From Basidiobolus meristosporus CBS 931.73 (lineage: Eukaryota > Fungi > Basidiobolomycota), in contig MCFE01000423.1 in the NCBI GenBank assembly GCA_002104905.1, positions 1 through 64,000 of the forward strand: a DNA stretch of 64,000 bases, written 5' to 3'. Made by a program: the position numbers and the translations under genes. The number at the start of each line of letters is the position of its first letter. Position 1 is the first letter of the stretch. Positions 38,350 to 50,452 of the stretch are shown piece by piece. A model generated the notes under the pieces. That model was not told where the DNA came from, did not search any database, and saw only the letters and a program-made list of their open reading frames with translations.

Positions 38350-41300
38350 ATCATAGTAATCTCTCACAGGGTAGTGCCTGTTACCACATTTGCCTCAATG
38401 CTAAGGACATATTGCAATTCAATGATCAAGCACAAAAACAGCAAAGAGTGCTTTGAAAGCATTAGAAGACATATACTACCAATGCTTAGCTGCTAAGAAA
38501 ATGCTCTTGGACAAAAATTCTTTACAAGAAAGATGCTATCAGGAGAGGAAATGAAAAATCCAATCAACACAGTTACCTATTGGTTGATGAGATGGAATCT
38601 GTGGGTGTATCAACTACTGATAAAGATGTGCAAGTTACTATTCTGAGCAGCCCAACAGACTAGCTTTGGGGTCTAGTACCAGCCCTAGAGTCCAGAGCTG
38701 AAGATCTGAGCCCAAGTTGCATGTATGGAACACTTGTGGATGAAAAATTTAGAAAAACAAATGCCATTAAGAAGGAAGCTGATATTACATAGGTTAACAT
38801 TTTGCTTTGGACCTCCTGTAAAAGGACAGAATACCCATCAGACTGGTGCCTCAAAAAGAATGATGATCAGTAAAAGAAGCCAGAATATGCAAATGATGCA
38901 ACCACTGAAGAGTGATTATTCATATCTGCAATAAATATTACCACAGATAACAACTCTTAGACCTGGTATACTGACTTTGGTGCATTTCAATACTTACAGA
39001 CCAAAAAGAAAATCTTCCCCTATATTAAGATATTCCAATTAAGAACAGTAATAGATGCCACACACCTTCCTTCTAAGCAGTAATGCTTGTACCAGAGACA
39101 TCCAAGAACCTACTATTAGTAAGCAAGGCCGCAGCAGCAGGACTCAGTGTCAGTTTTGACAATTGCAGATACAAGATCACTGATCAAAGTGGTGCATGTA
39201 TTGCTTTTGGTATCAGGGATCCAAATTTATACAGGTTGACTTATATTCCAAGATATTTGGAGGCCAACATAAGTAGCTTAAAAGAAAAAAGGGCAATATT
39301 TTGGCACCAAAGATTTAGACATATGAACTTTGATTATTGGTGCAAAATGATCAAGGATCAGCCAATTTCCAGAGTAAAAATTGCTTACCTAGCTAATTTG
39401 AGGCACTGTGAAGCTTGCATACATGCAATACAAGCCAGGCAATGGCTTAAGAGCTCTGGGCTAAAGAAAACTAAGAAAAAAATATGTCTAATTCATCAGA
39501 TCTGCATGGACATATACAAAATTGTTTCCTATGTGGGATGAAGAATTTATTCACTTTCATTGATGCTTATGCAAAATACATATAGGCCTGCTTCATAGAA
39601 AAATGGAGGAAGCTCTGTCAAGGTTGAGGGATTTTGAAGCCAAGGTATGGAGTTAAACTGGTGAGAAAATCAAGAAAACACACTCCAACAATGGTGAAGA
39701 GTATACCTCAAGACTCTTTATCTACTTGGGCAAAATTCATGAGATAAAGCAAGAGACTACTGTAGCACATTTTCAACACCAAGATGAAGTGGCAGAAAAT
39801 ACAAACACATCAATAATTGGATGGCAAAATCTATGATCCATGGTCAAAATTATCCTATGATATCTGGGTAGAACCAGATGCTGTGGCTGTGTAGCTAAGA
39901 AATAGGAGCTATAGCTGTATACTTCATTGCTCTGCTTTACTTGAGTCATAGTACAGATACAGATTATGTACCAAATATCTACAAATATATGGGTGAACAG
40001 CATAAGCCAATAACTGCCTGGAAACTAGTCAAAGTTTGAGATAAATCATAGCAGAAGAATATTTATAAATTATAAACTTAACAATACCAAGGCAAAGAAG
40101 TTGATCAAGACTACCAATGTGTTGTTATATGCAAATTTCTAATTTTACAACAAATGACACCATATTAGGATAAAAATCTGATCTCAAGTCCACTGATAGT
40201 CAGGGCTGAGTCAGAATAAAACAGTAAGAACTTTTCAATTGAGATGCCTCAACAACAATGGTTCAGCCTGAATCTGTGCCCAGAAATATCCCAGAGGTGA
40301 TCATTGCAGCACTAAACAATATATTATCTAAATGGACCACAAATGGATCAAATAAATATATCAAATAGGGCAGAAACTTAGCCTACGACTATTCAGTCCA
40401 TATTTTACAAGCCCTAAAGTGTAAAAGGGGCCATCAATAGCCCTCAGGCAATGTTTTGAAGATCTGCAATAATGGAGGAGTATCTGGCCTGGAGGGATAT
40501 CAGACTTGGGACCTAGGCAACTTACTAATCAACCAAAGATCATTGGATGCAGATGGGGGTTCATGAAATGATATATGGCTCATGGTATAACAGAGAGATA
40601 TAACACAGGACTTGTTGTAAAAGGATAGTTTAAAAGAAAAGGACTTGACTTTAACTGAGACCTTTGCACTGGTAGCCAAGCTTAATTTCATCAGAATAAT
40701 GTGAGCCATAGCTATCATGATAACATGGCAACCATGAACACCCATGCCAAGTTTCAGCTTCCTAGCTCAATTTCTAAGAGATTCCTTCTGGAACCTTCTA
40801 CCACCTTCCAGAAAGTTCCCAACCATTCCAAAACCATTGTTACTCAATGGAACATTCCATGGAAGCTTCCCATTGTATTTTTCATAGTCCAGTACCATTT
40901 ATAGAAATACCAGGTCACATGACTTAGTCACATGATCAGGTGACCCAATCCATTTGCCCATCCTGTCTCAGTGCCTGCCTTCTATATTATTATCCCCAGC
41001 ACTGCTGCTGTGCCTCACCCCACAACCCCATTAGTATTAGCTAATATCTCTTGGCGTCAGTATAACCAAAAAGTATATAGTCCTATCCCCCCTTAAGTAT
41101 TCCTCAGTCTGATAAACACAGGTCTTGAATAAACAGCCTTGCCTTGGAAATCTGCCTTGACTTGTTGATCCACACCTAAGTTCTTTCCCGGTCCTGCCTT
41201 GCCTAGCCCTACTCTCCTGCCTTGTGTCTATTCACCACAATAGCTGTCAAATGTAGGCTTCTATTCATCAAGCTGATGTAAAGACTGCATCTTGAATGAA

Positions 41301-42860
41301 AAACTTAATGAGCACATGCTCATGGGCCAGCCTAACGGGCTTTCTTAACAAGATAACCCCCATTAGGTCTGCAATCTTAAAAAGTCTCTTTATAGTATGA
41401 AATAATTTCCACAAGGCTAGAATTGCAAGATAGATTCTTATTTTGATTAATTAGGTTTCCAAAGAGAAGTGCTGACTGAAGTATCTCCTATAAGCCAGCC
41501 AGGCAAGTCCAGTCTTATTAGCTCCTTATGTAAATCTCATTAGAGTCACCAACAACCAAGAAGCTGTGGAAGAGACTAAATCCTACATATCTAAAGAACC
41601 CAGGATGTCCAACCTGGGAGAACTCATTTACTGTTTAGGCATAAACTCCTTATGAACAGAAGTACAAAGACTATGACTGTATGGCTGTCAAAGTATACTC
41701 AAGATATACTAAAGAAGTATCAAGTGGAAGACTGTACACCAGCAGCTACCCCAATGTAAATAAATCTTGACTTATTGAGAGCTCAACCCAATAAAGAGAG
41801 CCTGATGCTATGAAAAAGCCCTGTCTTTTCCTACAAATCTATGGTCAGCAGTCTGATGCATATCATGCTTGAAACACAACCCAATACTGCATAGTCAGTG
41901 GGAGCTGTCAGTCAATAAATTCAGAACTATAGATCAGATCATATTGCAGTAGTGAAGCAGTTTTTTTGAAAACCTAATTAGAGCTACTAATATCAGCTTA
42001 GGGTGCCCCTGTAAGAAAATAGAGCAGGATATTACAGGATAATTCTATGCAGATTGGGAACAAAGCTTAGATAATAGAGCATCTACTACTTCATACACCT
42101 TTTTTTACTGTAAAGGAGCATTTCATCAAAATTCAAGACAGCAACCAGCTGTAACACTTTCCACCACAGTTGCAAAGTAAATGACAGCCTGTGAAGCTAC
42201 AAAAGAAGCAGCATGGCTAAGGCAGCTTTTCATATACTTGGACTATGTCAAAAATACATTTGTTACTTTATATCAAGATATTCAAGGATGCATAAAATTA
42301 AGTAGAAATCCAACTTCTCATGCTAGAGCTGAGCACATGTATTATGACAATGTTTCACACAAGAAACTATCAATAATAGTATAAATAGCTTAATTTACTG
42401 TCTTACAGAAGGAATGATTGTAAACATATTACCAAACTATCAGCTAGAGACAGATTTGAATATCTTAGGTCTAAGTTAGGGCCATTCAGTATGAGCATTT
42501 ATTCAAGAGGGGGTGTTCTATGATTTGTTACTCTACCAAAATATTCACCTAGGTTGGTCACTTAGATCATTACCTACAAATCTTAAAGAATACTGACCAA
42601 ACTTCTTGCCAGGATATGCTTGGAATATTTTCACCTTTATGTCAGATACCCAGAACTTGAAAATTCTCAAAGTAGTCCAAACTGCCCAGGCCTGAACACA
42701 TGCTCTTGGGACCATCCTTGTTCTATTCTACATGTTTGTTATACAATGACCATGTCAAGTAAATACTACTTTTACATTTGGCAAACTGTCAAGTAAAGAC
42801 TCCATAATCTACTGATTCTCCCAATCACTTCTAGTAATTCCAAGACTCTTAGAGCTGCTT
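38350..42860 (+). mobile_element. Decayed Ty1/Copia element (gag, GAG-pre-integrase, integrase, RT, RNase H, PPT, 3' LTR) with internal insertions
   Basis: gag relic 38380-38900; FWHQRFRHMNF and CEACI at 39083-39541; ETFALVAKLNFIRI at ~40650; TACEATKEAAWLRQL at 42181; PPT aagaggggg followed by an LTR starting tgttct at 42514. Confidence 0.85.
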
Positions 42861-42879
42861 TCCTCTGCATAGTGTCTAT

Positions 42880-43450
42880 ATTTATTGGCACTGCTTCCAA
42901 TTATCTTCTTTGATGGTGATTAAGTGCTTTCCGGTTAGTTACTGTAGGCCTCTTAGCTCCAACTATTGCCTGTTAATTATCAATTGCAAGCTTGATGGCT
43001 TCTTCAATAGTCTGGGGTCTTTGAAAGTTCACTTCCTTATAAGTTCTTTCCTTCACCCATCTGTAAGGTATTCAACTTGATTAAGGGGGTCCATTCTTAA
43101 AATCTGCCCTAGTAAACATCTATACTCCCAGAAATATGCTTAAACCATTCCTTTCTGTCTGAGTGTCTTCAGCCTCCACCTCAGTAGTGTCTGCTGGTGT
43201 GAAGGTTCAAAAGCATCCTGAATTCTCAGCACAAACTCATCCCTGGTAGCAATAGTTGAGCATCCCATCATATGGGCTGACCTGATCCTGTTGGGGGTAC
43301 CACTATAGGACTGGATCCACCAAAATAGATGATGGTTTATGCAGCTTACTTGCTAGGGTAACTCCTTCAGTCCAGGTGCTTGAAAAGCTTTCCTAGCCAC
43401 ATTTCTTCTTCTGTGGCTTCACAGGCTGCCTTATAATGCGCCTATATGGT
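42880..43450 (-). mobile_element. Ty3/Gypsy gag fragment related to family A
   Basis: Reverse complement contains ccagactattgaagaagccatcaagcttgcaattga, matching 52600-52640. Confidence 0.6.
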
Positions 43451-43699
43451 AGAGAGTGCTACCATTGATTGCTTTCCTGAATTTTATGTATTTTCTCCTT
43501 TACTGTCCCTATGAGAATTAATTTGATCCACAGGTGGATCCAATCTGGATCTGCTGTCAGGATCATGTAATGAGTCCATCATAATGCTAGCAGCTTGGAT
43601 TGTTAACCCTGTTTACAATGTTATGATAGGGGTGTGATGGTGTTTAGATGGCTCTTAATTGGATTTCAATGGTATCTTGAAGATTATATTGCAACCTAC

Positions 43700-45148
43700 A
43701 CTTTTTTGAGTAGGCCTATTCAACCAGTGCATGCAAATGCCATATATGAAGTAAGCCTAACATTATTTCAACTGCCTTGATGCAGACATTTGATGGCATT
43801 ATAAAGACAGTGTGGTGGCCTCCTGCTAGCACCATATAATGGTACCTTACCAGTTTACCAAAAATAATATATTCCCTTTTGCCACATCCCCTTGTACCAT
43901 TCATAAATACCATTGTAGAATAACTCCAATTTATTTATTTATCCATTACTACCACTGATAGTCCATATAGAGTCTGAATCAAAGTAAACTATGGCCCACT
44001 ACTTACTCACCTTTAAACACATGCATACATGCTGTATTTGCCACTCATGTATCATGTCAACCTTGCAGCATTGTAGTGTGATATTTGCAAAGTTATCTTA
44101 TACCTTATATTAATGATGGCAAATACATCCTGCAAACATATGCCCAGTTACCACTACTTTTGTTATATATACCTCTTGGATATCTGCAATATACTTCTTG
44201 GTACTTGACCAGTATTATCCTTTTCCCTGCTGGATTCTAGTCCTCTGTATATGTATGCTCTGGTTCTGTTTGTATGAGTTTCAAACTGAATGGCGTAAAA
44301 ATCAGCTGGTAACAAGGGGAAACCTAGCATATACTGGTAAATGTATTATAATAGAACTGGTATCATATTGCTTCTACACTTCTTTAAATTATGTAACTGA
44401 ATATCCATGCATTGGGGCCACTTAGCTTCTTAATTCCAAGGCATAGGTGTCTCCATGTGCACAGCAATTCTCTGTACTCTCCAACTCTTACTGGATGACA
44501 TTCTTATGCCAGCTCATCACACCCCTGACAGATGTGAGGGTGATATTCTTAATGAGATTTGTATATGGTTATACTTGCAACTTGAATTGCCGTCTTATTT
44601 CCCCTTACATCTGCACTATAGCAAAATCTCCAAAGGTGAAGCAAGGTTAAACATTTTCCCCATGCCAGGCAAGATGGAGCAGAGAACAGATATAATAGCA
44701 GCAAAGATTCACCTGTACAGCTCTGTGCTTAAAATTTAACCACTGATATTCCAACACAAACTTCTTGCATTGAAGCTGAAGATGGATCAAGTGGGCATTG
44801 GTGATCTACTTCTGGATAAGGATTACTACATTGCAAACATGTGACTTCCATTGCTTCCAATGCACTCTGGGTAAAACCTTCTCAAAGGCCACTTCAATAA
44901 ATATATATCCAGTCCATCCATTTCTTGCATTTGTATTGTAGCATATGTGCGCTAATATTCATTGTAGCTTGTGACAAGAACTTTGGGTAACATAAACTCT
45001 ATAATGATATGCAATTCTCTCAAGTTTCTCCAGTATCTTAACAGACTCAATTAGCACAAAGTGCCCCATATACAAATTGACAATTACTATTGGGGTATTA
45101 CTAAAGAGCAAATGCACTGCTTCCAGTGAGACGCTTTTGCTCCTACAT
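43700..45148 (-). pseudogene. CACTA/EnSpm-like relic, 3' part (split by PHIS copy 2)
   Basis: Collinear with 32700-33740. The sequence on the two sides of PHIS copy 2 joins up into the homologue of 33740-33790. Confidence 0.7.
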
Positions 45149-45334
45149 ATTAGACTTGTTCCGTTGGATAGTGCCACATAGTGCCAGCCTGTTTATAGTG
45201 CCAGATCAATCTGGCACTCTACGGCACCATCTGGCACTATAATTTCTACCATGATGCCAGTGGTATGATACAGTTACTGGTAATTTTACTCAATCTTACT
45301 TATGTTGCTCAGAATAGTGCTTTCCTTGCTTTAT

Positions 45335-46219
45335 TTACTCTTCATAATGCTCCAGACACATTTCTCTCAGTGGATGTCTTCTTGTATGAACATACTGTGC
45401 ATTAATAAGTATCTTAACTATTTTACCTATCCTGCTGTTTTCACCTATATATGACTTTCCTCTGTATTTACCTGCCAATATGCTGAATCTCTTCAGATAT
45501 CCAAATGTGTGCTCTACCCTCACTCTGAAATGATTAAATATCTCATTGTAGAGCTTCTGCTTCCTGCTAAGCACACCATTCCTTGGCTTCCTATAAGCTG
45601 TAATACATCCTAATCTCTGACAATCCTCTCCTATATAGGCTAAGTCTGCCATACATTTCTCCCCTCTACTGAATTCAGGATGATTCTCTACCCAGAGTGC
45701 TTTGTCATGCCTACTTCCAGCAAATGGCCCACTAAACCAGATGATGTTGCCCTCAATGTCAGACAGTGCTTGAAACTTCACACAGTGTGCCTTGTACTTG
45801 CCAGAATAAAAGTGCCTCTGCCCTCTAGAAGGTCTGTTAATCCTCACTGGGAAGGTATCCAAAATACTCCTGATATGGAACCTGTTGCTGAACACTCTGG
45901 GATATGGAAGTCTATTGGAGCTTCTGAACCTAGTATTCCAAGCTTGCTCTAAGTCATTCATACCCTCTGCAAGGTGGTTCTCCATTGCTGTCAGCTGGGA
46001 ATGAAAGCTTCTAGGACTTTTGTTGCCATGGATGGTGGGATGAAACCTTGTAGGGCAATAGTTCTTGTAATAGCAGAGAAGCTTAACAAGGGATCTCCTT
46101 GAGTAGATTGGGGTTGATGGTCCACAGTACTTGGTATAGGTCTCCTCCAGTGTGTCAAAAGGAAATCCAGTGGTAGTGATGGGATTGATGAGAAAAGACC
46201 ACTCAGATGAGTAAGACAT
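45335..46219 (-). CDS. Intact DDE_Tnp_4-type (IS5/ISL2-like) transposase, 294 aa from ATG 46219
   Basis: LDTFPVRINRP...YSGKYKAHCVKFQALSD, GSRHD, ADLAYIG, YNEIFNHFRVRVEHTFGYLKRFSIL: full DDE triad, intronless, no stops. Confidence 0.93.
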   Translation of the reverse strand: MSYSSEWSFLINPITTTGFPFDTLEETYTKYCGPSTPIYSRRSLVKLLCYYKNYCPTRFHPTIHGNKSPRSFHSQLTAMENHLAEGMNDLEQAWNTRFRSSNRLPYPRVFSNRFHIRSILDTFPVRINRPSRGQRHFYSGKYKAHCVKFQALSDIEGNIIWFSGPFAGSRHDKALWVENHPEFSRGEKCMADLAYIGEDCQRLGCITAYRKPRNGVLSRKQKLYNEIFNHFRVRVEHTFGYLKRFSILAGKYRGKSYIGENSRIGKIVKILINAQYVHTRRHPLREMCLEHYEE

Positions 46220-46578
46220 ATTAAAATTGATGGATGATTGTATAAAGGCGGTTTGAATCAATTCGGCGCGATCCGCCTTATTTATCTGATTTTTAACACA
46301 TTATGGTTAAATCTCCATCAATTGCCACATATCCCATCATTATGTCGCAAAAATCATCCGCAAACAATGCCTTGGTACTTTTATTGATGCTTTAATCATA
46401 GGTCTATAATCAAATAGGAAATCTGCGATTGATGTGATCTGATCCGTGTCAACGCGATCCGAGATGCATCATGCATAATATATGGAAAATTCAACAATCA
46501 CATTAGTTTTCATATATATTTCATATAAGACCAGGTTGATGCCAATATACTGCTGTATAAGTATCCAAATCCGTTGCT

Positions 46579-47826
46579 ATGGTCCCCATACCAAGCCTCA
46601 ACTCATCTTTAGTACAACCCAGACAAAACCCATCCCCCAGCTCACAAGCGCGGTCCAGACCGGAAAAGTCGATGTCAGATCTGTTTGAGTTCTCGCCAAA
46701 TGATTTTAGTATGGCCCAAGTGTCTATGATGAGCCTTCATACAGATATTTGGGCACTACTGATTAATCTAGCAGAACTAGATACCTCAGAGAGTTGACAA
46801 AGATGGAAGAACTTGAGTAGAAAGCTGTGGCATGAGTTCTACATCAAGATGCCAGCCGATGTATGTAAAAAGATATATAACAAGACAAGTATTGAAATCA
46901 AGAATGAGCTGAGAGTGAGGGGATTCGACAAAGAAGCCACGCGGGAACAATTTTGCGCGCAATTTGCACAGTACGGGCCGGACGCGTCCGTTCGTGCCTC
47001 AACTTTGGGAACCAAAGAGATTTTGAATGAGTTTTTGCCTCAAATGACTAATGTACTACATGATATATTAGTAGAGCTAAGTGGCTTCCAAGAGCAATAT
47101 ACACAGGACTCATCCAGGCAACAGCTCCAAAGTATCAGACAGAGGGTAAGTGAATACCTTGAGGAATCAGATGGTGAGCTTCAGGAGGAAGAATACAGAC
47201 CGCGGGCAACATTGTCCAGATCGCGCCAGCACGCCTTGCTGGATTCCCTACCATCTCTTGCAACCACAGCGCGCCGGCGCACGTCAGTCCAGACCACGCC
47301 AACACCCTTTACCAGAACGCCCCACGTCGAGTCAACGCGCGTTGGGTCAACGCGCGCGCTTCAGAGCAAAACTACGAGAACTCGCCAAACTGCTCATTTA
47401 GACACGAGTCCATTGGAGCGGACCAAGTTGCGTCAACATGCGGCATCCCATCAAACTCAGCCAAGGGCCATCTCAACGCGTCAAGGCGCGCCTGTGCGTG
47501 CCGTTTCGCCCGACCATCAGCGAGTTACTTCTGGTGAACTGACTGATGATGACCAACATGAAGTGCCTCAACCACCAGAGCCCTTGGCAAGTAAAAGAAC
47601 GCGTCAGCGCGTGGCACTACAGGCCGGTTCAGTTAGTTCAGTCGGAGCAATTCAGCGCGGCCAAGCTGCAGCATCGCAGTCATCAACTAGGAGGCAAAAT
47701 ACTGACTACGAATACACAAGTAGCCAAGATGATAGTCAGCCTGGAAGTAGTATAGGTGTGCAAAGTGAGTCACTACCAAATGCTTCAGTAGTAATCCCTG
47801 TGAGAAAAAAACCCAGGAGAAGATGA
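46579..47826 (+). pseudogene. Transposon ORF2, copy 2, premature TGA at 46795-46797
   Basis: In-frame join of ORFs 46579-46797 and 46813-47826; otherwise open to PVRKKPRRR*. Confidence 0.88.
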
Positions 47827-48571
47827 TGCGATTGCTTTGAATCGCTCACATTTGTAATGATCCCGACAACCCTTTTTTTTGCGATCCAAATCGAGCCATC
47901 GCAAATCAGTGATCATCAAATTTTTGATATAAGTAATATCAAGGTCGTCTCACATTTGAGACAGAACCCCTATAAATAAACACCCTGCATATATATACGT
48001 CATCTGTAATACCAGTGCAGCAATTGGATCTGTTCCGCACCTACACGATTGCTTGCGTGCTAGCTATGACACCTAGCCCAATCACTAGGATCAGGGATTT
48101 ACTTGCTCAATGGGCAAAATGGGATATTTGTTGGCGAATCAGGTAGCTTTTTTAGTAGTCAATGAGCCAATTGGGGGATGCCAGCTTCAGGATACTTTTG
48201 GACCAATTAACCACTGAGATACCGTCCAATTGGAGTGAGGGTAACCAAAATGGTAAGTATCAGTATAGTTTATAGTGTGATACACATTTATTTCCATTTA
48301 CATTAAAGAAACATATCCAAATACCGGATTTTACCTGCCATTATAGCGGTATCCGATTGCGCACATGATGCAAACATTACGAGTTGGCGCGATCATCCGT
48401 GCCAACCTCATCATGTCAGATTGTGCCATAGTGTGCGAGATCGTCCCACATAGTGCGAAATCGTCCAAGAACGATCCTGTCTTCTGGTAGCCATAATATC
48501 GCGCCCGATTGTTCTTTGCGACGGCGGATCGCGCCGCGCGCCCTGGCACGGTACAATGGAACAAGTCTATT

Positions 48572-49500
48572 CCCTCTATCTGGGGAATTGCCACTTATTG
48601 ACTAATATCATAATCTAGCCAATAGAATATGGCTTGCCAGTTTTGCTGAATTTGCATGCTGACTTCTGTACATTCTCTCTGTGAGAAGATGATGTATTTA
48701 GTGTTGGTTCCTGGATAATGGCAATGTGCGCCAGTTATTGAGTAAGTTCCCTGGAAATCACACACTCAACAATAATACTGTTCAGTGCACCCAGAATAGC
48801 TGTCTATCTTGCTGATAGCTGGGGTGTCTCCAGCACAGATAAAGATATGCATTATCATGATAATCAATAACCAGTATCCTGATAAATAGCACATAGAACT
48901 CATCCAGCAGTTGACACAGGTATTTACTCAGATTGGATAGAGATTTGGAGCAAGCAATCAGTGAGACTTCCACCAGATTTATACTATAATACTGAAGAGT
49001 TGGCAGCAGTTTTTAGTTGATAAGAGGCAGTAGGCAGCAGGGTTTGCAAGCAGAGTACTTGTTCAGTGAGAAACCATCGTATGCTAAGCAAAGGTATGGT
49101 CTCACATGTGTTCAAGGTAGCCTTGGTTTCTTAGCTTTTTACAATGCTTACCATCAAATACATTGCAAATGTTGGTGCTTACTTGAAACTGAGTGTGAAA
49201 CCTGAGTGCTTCACCACATTTGTCAGACTGCATAAATTTTTTAGACAAACTACTACTTGGATGCATACACAGTGTGCACAATGTTACTTCCTGCAATAGT
49301 GACTTCCTGACAAGTTAGACACCTAGCAATTGTGGCATTTTTTGATATGAATGCCATGCAACAGGTAACACAGGCAGGTATTAGAATAATTACTAGGCCA
49401 TATGTTGCCAGCAGCGTATTAGTCCTACATTTGTATCAGGTACATGACAAGCTAAATGCCCAAATGAACTTGGCAAGCAGTAGCAGTAATTTCTCACAGC
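48572..49500 (-). pseudogene. CACTA/EnSpm-like relic, 5' part
   Basis: Collinear with 33790-34550 by eye. Confidence 0.65.
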
Positions 49501-49718
49501 CCCCATTACTGATATTGGTAGCAGTGTGCCACTTCTCTGCTGAAATATTGAACTATTTGTTATCATTCAGCAGCTAAAAATTTACTTAACCAATCTAGAC
49601 TAGTCTTGAGCACTGTAGGACTAATTTGCAGCCCCAAATTTGCCAGTTTTTTCATGTCCATGATCCTATAATGATTCCCCTATAGTGAAGATCAAATTAA
49701 CACTTTTTACCAAACATT

Positions 49719-50452
49719 AGACTTGTTCCGTTGGATAGTGCCACATTGAGTCATAAGTGCCAAATGATGCCATAGTGTGACAGAGAGGTAAAGTGAGCCT
49801 ATACTTGGCCACAGAGTGTGAAACATAGCTCTGCATCTTCATGCAAAGCAGCCCCTGTGTTTCACCCATTGTGTTGGAGAAAATCCATTTTTTGACCTTT
49901 TTTTTTGAATCAATGTTGTGCAGGATGTGTTAGAGCACAAGCAGATTGAAGATATGCATCTGGTACTCAATACCCATGGCACTCTGAATCTAGCTCCTGT
50001 AGCTTGTATCATGTCACAAAAATGGATGGCACTATCTTGGTCCACTGGCACTATCTGGCACTATAAGTGCTTTGTATAGATCTTACTTTAGGGTTAATAT
50101 TTAAATATAGTGCCAGATAGTACCAGTGGACCAAGATAGTGCCATTCATTTTTGTGACATGATACAAGGCACAGGAGCTAGATTCCAAGTGCCATGGGTA
50201 TTGAGTACCAGATGCATGTCTTCAGTTCTCCTGTGCTCTTACACATCCTGAGCTACATTCATCCACAAAAAAAGGTCAAAAAATGGATTTTCTCCTGCGC
50301 AATGGGTGAAACACAGGGGCTGCTTTACATAAAGATGCAGAGCTATGTTTCACACTCTGTGGCCAAGTATAGGATCACTTTACCTCTCTGGCACACTATG
50401 GTATCATTTGGCACTCATGGCTCAATGTGGCACTATCCAACGGAACAAGTCT
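49719..50452. mobile_element. Foldback MITE of the PHIS-like family (734 bp)
   Basis: Ends AGACTTGTTCCGTTGGATAGTGCCACATTGAG and its reverse complement, TSD ATT, ~345-bp inverted arms around a ~40-bp spacer, no ORF. Confidence 0.95.

Larger units (their letters stand above)
45152..48568. mobile_element. PHIS-superfamily (Harbinger/Pangu-like) DNA transposon, copy 2 (3417 bp)
   Basis: Same TIRs as copy 1; TSD ATT (45149-51 and 48569-71). Confidence 0.95.
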
